Shown: piece by piece, positions 54,344 through 64,000 of the stretch | Numbering within the stretch: position 1 is the stretch's first letter | Layout of the letters: the number at the start of each line of letters is the position of its first letter | Assembly (NCBI GenBank): GCA_002269645.1 | Contig: NIVC01001157.1 | Span: forward strand, 186,001 to 250,000 | Source: Macrostomum lignano | Taxonomy: Eukaryota | DNA length: 64,000 bases | Direction of reading: 5' to 3' | Notes under the pieces: model-generated | Told to the model about the DNA's origin: nothing | Databases searched by the model: none | The model's input: only the letters and a program-made list of their open reading frames with translations | Program-made: the position numbers and the translations under genes

Positions 54344-54708
54344 AAAGCAGAAGGCCAACTTCAACGCCCCCCTCCCCCCTCCCCTACCATTACTCATTCC
54401 GAGTTCCAGGTGCAAGATCCCCGGGGCCGAGAAAAAGCCTTCTCAGTTGATTAGGCACTAAGGTTCGATATTCTACATAGAATTCCACTGAGTCACACAT
54501 TGTGAGGGTAGGAAATTTAGAGCACACACAACCGGTCATACAGTAAAAGCCCTTCTCTTATCTCTCTCTCCGCACCGACTGAATGGGGGATTCAGAATTC
54601 TTATGTGCACAAACTCAACCCCACATTTTTCATTTCGTATATATTGGGGCAGAGAAGCACACAAGATAGGGGGGGGGGGAGGGGGCGTTGAAGTTGGCCT
54701 TCTGCTTT
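54344..54708. repeat. Inverted repeat, ~42-bp arms with ~280-bp spacer
   Basis: AAAGCAGAAGGCCAACTTCAACGCCCC...CTA at 54344-54386 mirrors 54667-54708. Confidence 0.75.
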
Positions 54709-55160
54709 CCAGTCTGTCTCCCTCTCCGCCAATCCGGACTGCCCACGTCCCGAAGCCCAGCCACCCCTCCTGTGCATACACAAGCGCCTTTCTATAAACT
54801 AACTACGCTTTCTCGGCTCTCGTCGTCTCGTCTCTCCTCTCTCCCTTGCTTTCAACAAGGCGTTTGGAATTCTATGAATTCTACAGTTCTACATTGGTGA
54901 GTTTTGAAAGCACAGCTTGTAATTCTTAATGCCTCGGCATTATCAGTATCTAGCGCTATAAATTAAAAAAGATCGTTTAAATTAGAATTATGGATGGACC
55001 AATTTTATTTTTTATGCCTTGGCTTTATTTTCATAGGTTTTATCGACGACGATTTGAGACTAAGAACATTCTTTTAATTTAGTTTAGGCCAAAAAGGATA
55101 ATAAGCCAATAAACCATCGTCCCACCTTTGAAGACGACAGCGTCTTCATTCACTAGTAGA

Positions 55161-55354
55161 CAGTAGCGCAACCAGAAATTTTTCAAGGGGGGGGGCGGAT
55201 TCTGAGGGTAAAGTCCCGGGAGGGGGGGGGGCGGCGGAGGGGTGGCTCTGTTTTTGGCGAAAATTCGCTTGGTCCCCCCTTTGATTTTTTTTCGGTCCCC
55301 CGCCTAAGGGGGGGGGGCGACCGCCCCCCCGCCCCCCCCCTGGTTGCGCCACTG
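55161..55354. mobile_element. hAT-type MITE, 194 bp
   Basis: TIRs CAGTAGCGCAACCAG / CTGGTTGCGCCACTG; perfect 8-bp TSD CTAGTAGA at 55153-55160 and 55355-55362. Confidence 0.9.
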
Positions 55355-57974
55355 CTAGTAGAGTAATACTGTTAATATTAGGATCAAGTTTTCGATAGAA
55401 AATCTTTATTCTGGAGAAATCTCCACGAATGTTTTTATTATTCTCTAAGGTACTCTACTGTAAGTAGAAATAAAGCTTTTATGTCAATTTTTAGTTAGCA
55501 ATTCATAGTTTTGTTTTTATTTTAAAATAAACAAATATACATAAAAGTAAAACTAAAAAGCGTATAGGTGAGGTGTGGGTGGTTTGCGGACTTTGAAGTT
55601 GGGGCAGTTTAGAAATTTTGAATTGCCGCCTGCGTTGGAGTTCACGCGTAACGTGTTTAAAGCCGGAAGAAATATCGCGCAGTCGAATCTCGTGGATTTG
55701 TCCGCTGGGTTACTCCGTCTGCCGGGGTCCTCAATTCCGGGGGAGGGTAGTGAGGTCGGGGGGGGGGTTAAAGAAATGTGCTCTTTGGTAGCCGGGTTTA
55801 ATCTGTTCGTTCCAGCCGTTCGAATCGGTGCGCTTCGACGTTTCAAACAAACTTAAACGAAGATCTCGGCTGGCTGATGACGGGGAGCTCCGCCTCTGAG
55901 TTCCTCAGGCTCAGGGGAGGGTAGCTATGGTTGCGGCTGAGCGGTCTAGTTTTGCCGACGTTCAGAATGCCGAATGCAGACTTTGTAGCCGAAATGGGGA
56001 CTTCAAAATAAGCTAAATTTTGTAGAGAGTCTTACTAATAGTAGTAGATCGCTGCAACCACCGCGATTATACGTGGGAAAAGCTCTAAAGCTTACAACTA
56101 GCTTGAGTTCCGCTCTAGCGCTTCTCAGTATACCTCTAAGGGTCAAAATAAATGCTTCCGAGGTCACGAAGGCTAAGACACCGTTTCACACAAGATTAAA
56201 TGGGCCGAAGTAGCAAGTGGCCAAAACCGGATATTACTATTATTATTCAACAAACGCAAAGAGATTATTGGCTACAAACAAATACTAACTTAAATATTAT
56301 TGTTAAATTGCTGGGCGAGGAGTTGCTCGGGTCGGGAGGTCGGGCTTACAATTAGGGGCCTCTCGTAGTGGGCTGTAGCTAAGGAAGGCGGGCGATTCCA
56401 CGGAGTTCGGGCAAGGGCCACGAGAGTCTGGCTGGGAAAGGTGGGGCGCAGACTCCTAAAAAGGGCTCTCATGAACCACTGGGAGGAAACGGGTTACCCT
56501 GGGTGGGACAGGAGAGACACCGGGTGGGGAGAGAGGAGGGTACACATGGTGGTGATGATCAAACACCGGGTGGACCCTAAGGAAAACCACAGACAAACAA
56601 AAATTATACTGGAGGTGGGAAGGAAAATACCTTAAGGGAAACGGATTTCCACGCAGGGAAATGACGTCAGCAATGCGCAATTTACTGGTGAGCAAATCCA
56701 CACGGCGGAATTGAGTTACGTTCGGTGGGAGTAGTGGGAGGCCTTCGCCTACCACAGTAGCTGAGGTCGTAATCTAGCGGTCATAATTAGACAGGTCATT
56801 CAAGTCCTCTGACAGCGAGGTTTTATGTGCGTCGATCTGCCTTAAAGCTTACTAAGAGTAGCGTAATGCTGCCACCACCGTAATTTACGTATTACGGAAC
56901 GTTATATTCTAAGAGCTTGCTTAGTTGAGAATGTTATTTTACGCCCCATGGGCAAAGTATTTAGGATGAAGCCATGGACTTATTGATCAAAGAATAAATA
57001 TGAATTAATGTCATCTATTTTTGGAGAGGCTGGATAATCAGTTCAACCGAGCTGCTACGCAAGATAATTCGCAGATGCCGCGGTGCGGAGAGGCTAGTTT
57101 TAGGGGGACTTAAGCGCTAAAGTAAGTAGTAAATATAGAAGCACGCAATAACAAAGGTAAGCAAAAGGAGCAAGAGCAAGTTCGAAAGTTGGGTAAGAAG
57201 TAAGTAAGAAATAAAGTCAGGATCGTTTCTTTTTAACAGGTAAGCAAAAGGTAGGTGGGTTAAATAGAAGCAAAACGAGTGAACGGGTTCCTCATTTTGG
57301 AAAAATATGTACCTGTCGTAGTCCTATTTTTCAACTTGTATTTAAATATTGCCCTTCCAAGTTGAGGTGCTCGACTCGGAGGGGGCCAGTTGGTGGCTGT
57401 TAAAATTATGCTACATGGTATTACTTGCGCTTCAAGGGAGTTAGTCTTAATTTTGTGGTGCAACTGCAGAGACCCTACGCTTATCAAAAGATGCAAACAC
57501 TGAAACAGAATAAAGAATATCACAGCTGATAGTTTGTTTAAAAGGTTGTTACTGTAGAGGAAGTGAATAATGGGTACTTGGAACTGGACCGGGGGTAGTG
57601 CATGATCAAGATCAATCGCAAAGTTCACCTGGTCATTGAGAAGCGCCTAAGAAGACATAAGCTACTTAAAAAACGATAGACTGTAGAATAGAATTTTCTG
57701 GGTTTGGTCCTTGTAATAGTATAAATATCTTGAGTTCTTTTTAAATAGCATTAATTGAGTGGGCGACTAATCTTTCCTTGTTTTCTCATCTATCTATGTA
57801 GTTATAGCTGATTTTTTCTCCATGCTAACCCATCAATAGCAAAAAATATGCTTCTATCAGAAAAAAACATAAATGGTAAAATGTGAGATACTAAGATGGT
57901 AAGGCAACCTTGGCAGTATGAAGAGTATTGTGGGAGTCTTGAAATTTTTATTTTCTTGCCTGAAATACCTCGAA

Positions 57975-58399
57975 TCACCTGCACTGCATCGACCTGTGCA
58001 CAGCAGATTGCCTTTTCCAGCGTTGTGAGGCGCCGCCCCGTCTTTGCCAGAGCCGAATGGAATGAGTGAGCCGACGCCAAACCTGTCCATCACCAGAATT
58101 TCGTACTTCTGTTGATCTGGCTCCGTTGATAGTAGCAATTCTCTCATGTACTTGTCCCGCTGAAGCAGACAATAGCTCGTATGGATTTGAAAGCCAATTG
58201 CCGATAGCGATCCTTGGTAGAATTCTTCCAGCAAGTTCGTCTCCGGAGTCAAATTCGGGTGTGGAGTGAACGCCTGAACCGGCTCCTTGGCCCAGAGAAT
58301 CTACGGTTCCCATTTCTCCAGTCGCGAGTTCAGGGCCGGATTTCTTAGAAGCGTCGTTTTGCCTGCCGCTAAACCCCCCTTGAGAATGTACGAGTTACA
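57975..58399 (-). pseudogene. Deoxynucleoside kinase (dNK/thymidine kinase-like) pseudogene, intronless
   Basis: Manual translation YILKGGLAAGKTTLL (Walker A, 58378-58355)...EP*ILWAKEPVQAF...NLLEEFYQ...FQ...R...ILVMDR, then frameshift near 58081 to LASAHSFHSALAKTG...TTLEKAIC. Motif order matches the dCK/dGK/TK2 family. Confidence 0.72.
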
Positions 58400-59069
58400 G
58401 CCTCTGGTTTCTCGGCTGTATCATGCTCCCTCTTCTTGGCAAGCTGTCGCCAGACTCCTGCAAACACGCCCAGTGCAGAATAGTAATGTTGCTTGGATTG
58501 ATAGGTGGTATTGCCCCGTCAGTGCTTTGCATTCGCGCAAGGCAGCCTTTCGATTCGCAGGGTGGGCATTGTGTGTGCAAAAGCCGAGAAAGCTGAAGCT
58601 TGGCTTGATTGGAATCCAATGCAGTGGGTTGTAGTCCAATAACTTCTCAGTTTTCCGCTCTTGCGCTCGACTTTACTGGATCAGGCCTTTCACACTCGCT
58701 TCCTGCATCAGTAATTAAATGCCTTAACTGGCTTGACATGACTTAAATTTTTTTAATCAAACTTCAGATTCATTCTCACTTGAGATAAACCAGGCCCCTC
58801 TTTACTGTAACAACCCTTTGAATCCCCCCAGAGGCAGCAAACTCACCACGAATTTATCACCGCCCCTCTCCATTCCTGACAAAAGCCAGACCCAAACCAG
58901 CGATTTATTTTCCGATACATCAAGACAATCTCCCGCTAGCAAACAATTGCAAATGAACAAAGGCCTTTGGACATCTACACAATGTTTTCACATAGATAAT
59001 ATTGTACACTAAATATACGCGCAGATAAACCTCGAGAATGTACGAGTTAGATTTTAGATCTGGTTTGAC

Positions 59070-59481
59070 TTCAACCAGTTCTCACAACCTCGTCCTCACC
59101 TTCGAACACAACGTTGATCTCGTTCTCTAGCTTGCAGCAAAAATTCTCTTCATCCAAGGCGTTCTTGATCTCTTTTTAAACGCTAGGAGCGTTTCAAACG
59201 AGTAGCCAAGAACTTAAAGTTTGGAAACTTAGTGATTAGTCCATTAAACGTGGAAAGTCGCTCAGCAAACTTCGTGCCAATGTCCAAACGTTTAGCAACC
59301 TTGTCTGTTGACAGCCAAAGTTGATTCTTGAGCGTCGCTAGTACTTCAGCCTGCTCTCTTCTGGCCAGACATCTTAGGACCTCTAGGACCCCGCAAATGC
59401 CTCTAGAGCGTTAAATTGGTGTTGCATGTTTTCTTCGTCGCCTTGCAAGCAGCCGTGCATAACTGCTTGGCGTTGACAAAC
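59070..59481 (-). pseudogene. Disrupted ORF fragments whose start resembles a KilA-N domain
   Basis: (G)FVNAKQLCTAACK resembles the KilA-N GYVNATKLCK motif; followed by stop/frameshift-separated fragments REQAEVLATLKNQLWLSTDKVAKRLDIGT and KEIKNALDEENF. Confidence 0.33.
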
Positions 59482-61862
59482 CTAAAAGAAATAATATGAT
59501 ATCATAATGTGAATAAGGTCAAAGTTTTGCTTCCATAAACCTCTAATCTATAAATCATGTTTTCATCCAGTCAAGAATTAAGTTGAAAATTTTGTGAATA
59601 GTCAACCAACCAATCATGCATTCACCAACCAATGGGGGTTTTGGCAGCTTTTTGGATGACGCACAGGGAAGTTCCCCATTTTGAGAGGTTGTGTGGAAGC
59701 TCCTTTTTTCTGAGAACAATGGATGCTGTATGGAGCAGTGTTGGGGGATTGTAAGTTCCCCCTTTCATCCAAAATGTACTATTGCTAATGTGAGAATGAG
59801 TTGATGTCTGCGTTTAGACTCTTTGAGAGTACACACATACTCTCTTGAGAGTACTAACTTGAAATGAGTTTTCCAAAATCCTTGAAAAGTTTTACTTAAT
59901 TTAAATCAATTGAGATAAAATTAACATTTTAGAAAAACCTTCTGAGGGCATGAGGGCGAGGGCACCTTCCAAAGTAAAAAGTCGCTAGAAAAATTAGGGT
60001 CGATTAATTTATAATAAATATTTCTTATATTAGTGGGGAGGGTCTTAAAGCAATTTTAAAAGTAGTAAAAAAGTAAAAGTATAGACCCTTGTAGAGTGGG
60101 GGCTGCCCTCAGCATTCAGTACCCTCACTGTTTTATAAAATATAAACAATACCATATACTAGTTTAGGGGATCCAATAACTAGTAGTAGTGGAAGATATT
60201 AGGGTATGTGGACATCAAGTGAACCATGAACAAATGAACGAGCGAGCGAAGCGAGAGAGTGAATGAGTGAATATGTGAACAACTGACGAAGGAGGGGGTA
60301 TGGCCACATACCTTAATATCTTCCACTACTTACGTTGTTTTTTTCACAAAAATAAAACATTTTTTGGCGATGTCTTTGTAGAAAACTTGGAACAGCTGCA
60401 AAAAAAGAATGAAAAAGCTTTTTTGCTACTGTTAGTACTAAAAAACTACGTGGCTTTATTTTGCTTTTCAATGAGAGCTTTACGCATAGGCAGTGTAAGT
60501 TTTCATTTTTTGTATCAATCTACATCCATTGATCTGGCGCGACAATTTGGACATGTTACACCATTAATTGTTGTTTGACGAAAACAGTCTTAACATATGA
60601 ATGCCCGACAACATGTCATGATCATACGATTTTTTGCATATGTCTGCAGATCAAACAGTAATTCGGTGTTAACTTAGGGTGTTTGAGCTGGAGCTTGATT
60701 TGGTTGAGTTGGATGTTCTCGGAATTCATCCCTAGCCTCATTCAATCGTCTCTGCGCCTCCTGGCACAATAGACGTTGTTGATAGTATTTCTAAAAGTAT
60801 TGAATAGTAAGTGTTTAATAGCTAGATGTAGCTAGGTAAATGAATAATATTATATCTTTTACTTTGAGCGCCTGAAAAAAAACGTTCTTCGTTTGTCCTG
60901 ATGTTGTTATGTCGGTTGGTGATAAAATGTTGAACATCAATTACAACGAGTAATTCTTTCAAATAGCGTTACCGTGTCTCTTTCCTCTAATGACTTACTG
61001 TGTAACACATTGTGTAATGGAATGAGTAATCAACCCCAGAGAACTGTTGATTCAGCGTCAGCGTCAGCGAGTCAGCGTTTTTCAATTGTGTTAGTAGAAA
61101 ATTTTTTCTTTATTTTACTTTTTAAAGGGTAATTACAACCAGACTCGTCTATATCTATACTAATAGCTCTTCTTGAAAAAAAAGATCATGAAAATATGAT
61201 CATGCCAAACCTTATCATCAGTTGGTTTCAGAAGAATTTCTCGAATTGTTTGCTCCATTTTTACTATAGAAACTTTAACAAGTGCTAAGTGAAATCGACC
61301 GAGGGTCGCGGACTTAAAGTCCGATGACTAGCAAGGACATTGACTTCCTCACTCAAGCCACAACGTAACCTGCAAAAGAATACCCAGATATATGAAATTC
61401 TCCTGGGTATTTTCCAGTGGAGAAGATGGGTGGTAGTTTTGTTATAGCTGACTGAATATCTAAAGAAGAACCTAGAAATAATGGTTTACCGAAGGCCATT
61501 TATATAATGAAAAAAGTAAGTAGTCTTAAATTGGATGACACTTTCATATTGTTTTTTATTGAAAATAGATTATTGCTCGTATTAACTCCAAAACCACACA
61601 TTTGATTTATCACCCAATTAACAATACCAAACCCCGTCTGACCTTGATGAGATTTCCTAGCTCGAGTCAACTTTGCTGCTGCCGAACGCACTCGTTTCTT
61701 CTTCTGACGGCGTTGTGTTCCCATCTCACTTGATTCTACTAAAAGAGCCAACTACATTTGCTTATACACATGGGCCAATTTACGAGCAGTATATTTTAAA
61801 CTGCAGTGAAAAGCCACCACCAATACACAAATTCCCACCACCGGCATGACCCGGCGCGTGCA

Positions 61863-62260
61863 TCAGATTTTGGTGCTGCCCATGCCGCCCGTCTCGGAAA
61901 CCGTCACCGGCTCCGACTGTTGGTTTCACACCCTCGGAAGCTGGCCCTCCACAGCTCGACCAACTTCAACAGGGAGCATGGCACAGCGCTCCAGAACCAG
62001 CTGGGCCACGTAGGTCGTACACGGCAGATGAATCTTCTCCTCTGTCGTGTTATACGTTCGTACAGGATGACGCGGAGGTCCCCGGTATAGTCCGGATCCA
62101 CTACGCCACCCTGCACAGTCAGACCCCGATTGGCCCAACTTGAACAGCTCGCGATCCGGCCGTAGGTGCCCGGCGGCAGGATGACGCGAAGGCCTGTGCA
62201 AATTATGGCTCTGTCCCAGGCCTCCACGACCCGGTCTTCACATGTGGCTAAGTCCAAGCC
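61863..62260 (-). pseudogene. dut: Trimeric dUTPase pseudogene, no introns seen
   Basis: Motif I GLDL, II RIASCSS, III GGVVDPDYTG, IV YVAQL, V ETGGMGST; frameshift after VILY, premature TGA before motif V, N-terminus missing. Confidence 0.85.
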
Positions 62261-62429
62261 TAAAAAAGCTAAGTCTACTACTAACCCCCTGCACTGCTAT
62301 CATCCTAGAAAATTGAAAAAAATACGAAGAGAAAGAAGGAAAGAAAGATTGTTGCATATACATTCTATAGCGCACATATATTGTGAGCAGAAAAACATAA
62401 ACAGACAAAAATAGAGAGAACAATTCAAG

Positions 62430-63020
62430 TCAATGACCAAATGGGAGGGACGAGTAGGGATCAACCCAGGCTCGCTTCGTGTCGAAAAAGCTAAGCGCTT
62501 GCTTGTGCTGCTCAAGAAGATAAAGCCGCGACGTAATCGTCCGCACATTCCTCAAAAGCCCGATGATGACAGTCCGATAGCCACCGCCTCGCGGTCTTCG
62601 GCTAAAAATATCCGGCATTCTGTACTTGGACACCACGAAGAATCTCGACTGGAGTCGTGGTTTGAAGCACTCGTGGAGACTTCCTTTCGACTTTGGGAGG
62701 CTTAGCAACCTTGTCTGTTGACAGCCCAAGTTGATTCTTGAGCGTCGCTAGTACTTCAGTAGTACTTCATCAGAAATCCAACCCATTGTGGAGTAAACGC
62801 AGTGTTCTTTTCAAGGCACAAAGTCCGAGGTTGACAGCGCTCGTTCCATGTGGAGATAAATAGTGCCTGCCTAAATTCCATATTGAAGTGCGTAGTTGTC
62901 GATCGTTTTGATCTTTTCCCGAATGGCTTCCAGTTGCTTGGCAACATTCTGGATATCTTGCGCGCCTGTTGCGAAGACTTCAGTAGTCGGTTCCAGAAGA
63001 TTGCTGCGGTAATCGATAGA
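62430..63020 (-). pseudogene. Fragments of a protein-primed family B DNA polymerase (Polinton/Maverick/adintovirus-like) with the core deleted
   Basis: C-terminal KSKG...LYLLEQHKQALSFFDTKRAWVDPYSSLPFGH* matches the typical pPolB tail (K.KG...LS.FD.KR....TLPYGH). A stop-containing frame at about 62756-63020 weakly resembles the pPolB N-terminal region. Confidence 0.62.
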
Positions 63021-64000
63021 CTACCGATAGACACTATCGATAGACATCCCACTTTTGAACGCTGCAAAGAGAGAAGACGCAGCCCATTACTACCCGATCA
63101 GTTGTTTAATAAACAAAAAGCCCAATATTTGCTTACCGTCTCTCACATAACGCTGAGCTAATTCTTTCATTCGGGCGGATTTATCCATAGTTTTTTTGAG
63201 TGCAATGCGATTGTTAAGACAAGACTAGAAAATCTTCCGTATTACTGTCGGTTGGATATTATATTAAAATAAATTACTCAGGGGACGAGTGACCGTGCGG
63301 TGGATTAAGGAGGGTCAGGGTTTGTTGAGGTGTAAGGGGGAAGGGGTGGATCGAGTTAGGAGCCGCTAAAATTGTGCTACGCGACGTAACCTCCCCCATT
63401 AAGAGAGCAGGAAGGGGGAGGGCTGGCTGGTGAGGGGTTTCGTGTTGGCAGCTGCCGAAATTTCGCCAAAAGTAGTAATATAAAATTACGTCCATAACCA
63501 ATTTTTCCAATAGCAAAATACGTAATAAGGTACCCGTCAGAAATTTTATTACGCACATAACTTATTTTTCTATTCAAAATCAAATAGTAAGGTACCGAAG
63601 CAAATGGTAGGGTATTCTAAAGGAATTCTAACTACACTGACCGCACCTACAAAGAACAAAAGAAAGTAGCTCAATAAAACGCGGGAGTCAAATCGATGCA
63701 GTCAATTTTCAGGCCCCCCTCCCCCCAAGCGAACAAAACGCAGTTCAGAGTAGCGCACAGACAGTAAATAAAGTCATTTCTGCTTTACACTCGCTCCATA
63801 ACACACATTGTCTTCTCTACCTCCCAAATAGTGCATTCTGACTACACAATCTACCGCACCACCCACCAAAAACGGCGAAAGAACGAATCTCAATTCCTAT
63901 CAACGAACTTGTCCAAAAACGCATTCACGTTTTATTTCGCTGCATTAAAAGATTTAAAAATCCAGTCGATTGCCAACACTGATTAAGGATCTCGGCGGCG

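Noticed and set aside
56036-56050. AGTAGTAG as a Polinton terminus
   Set aside because: No matching inverted terminus or 6-bp TSD found in the window; the motif is too short to be significant.
58060-58252. VRK/CK1 kinase similarity of EEFYQ...VMDRFG
   Set aside because: The upstream in-frame Walker A and EPV motifs fit a deoxynucleoside kinase much better; no HRD or DFG motifs.

Overview
Eukaryotic (animal) genomic window; the style (GC-rich exons among dense micro/minisatellites, an RNW-type peptide GPCR) is consistent with a free-living flatworm such as Macrostomum, which is inference only. A large share of the window is tandem repeat, and nearly all long ORFs in the track are repeat artefacts. 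Four host genes were reconstructed by hand with GT-AG junctions checked for phase: an intronless peptide GPCR (1996-3216,+), a secreted PAN/apple + F-type lectin (19520-21189,+, 2 exons), an NCAM/Fasciclin-II-like 5xIg+2xFN3 protein (38194-29839,-, 4 exons) and a type II membrane GT32 glycosyltransferase (47608-40941,-, 4 exons). Two less obvious systems stand out. (1) A 448-bp retroposon with a 13-bp TSD just upstream of the GPCR whose first base starts a near-complete HDV-like self-cleaving ribozyme fold. (2) A decayed, co-oriented cluster of DNA-virus/Polinton-like genes at about 58-63 kb (protein-primed PolB fragments, dUTPase, deoxynucleoside kinase, possible KilA-N). CORE-SINEs, MITEs and inverted minisatellite pairs are also present. 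All homology calls are by motif recognition; no searches were run.
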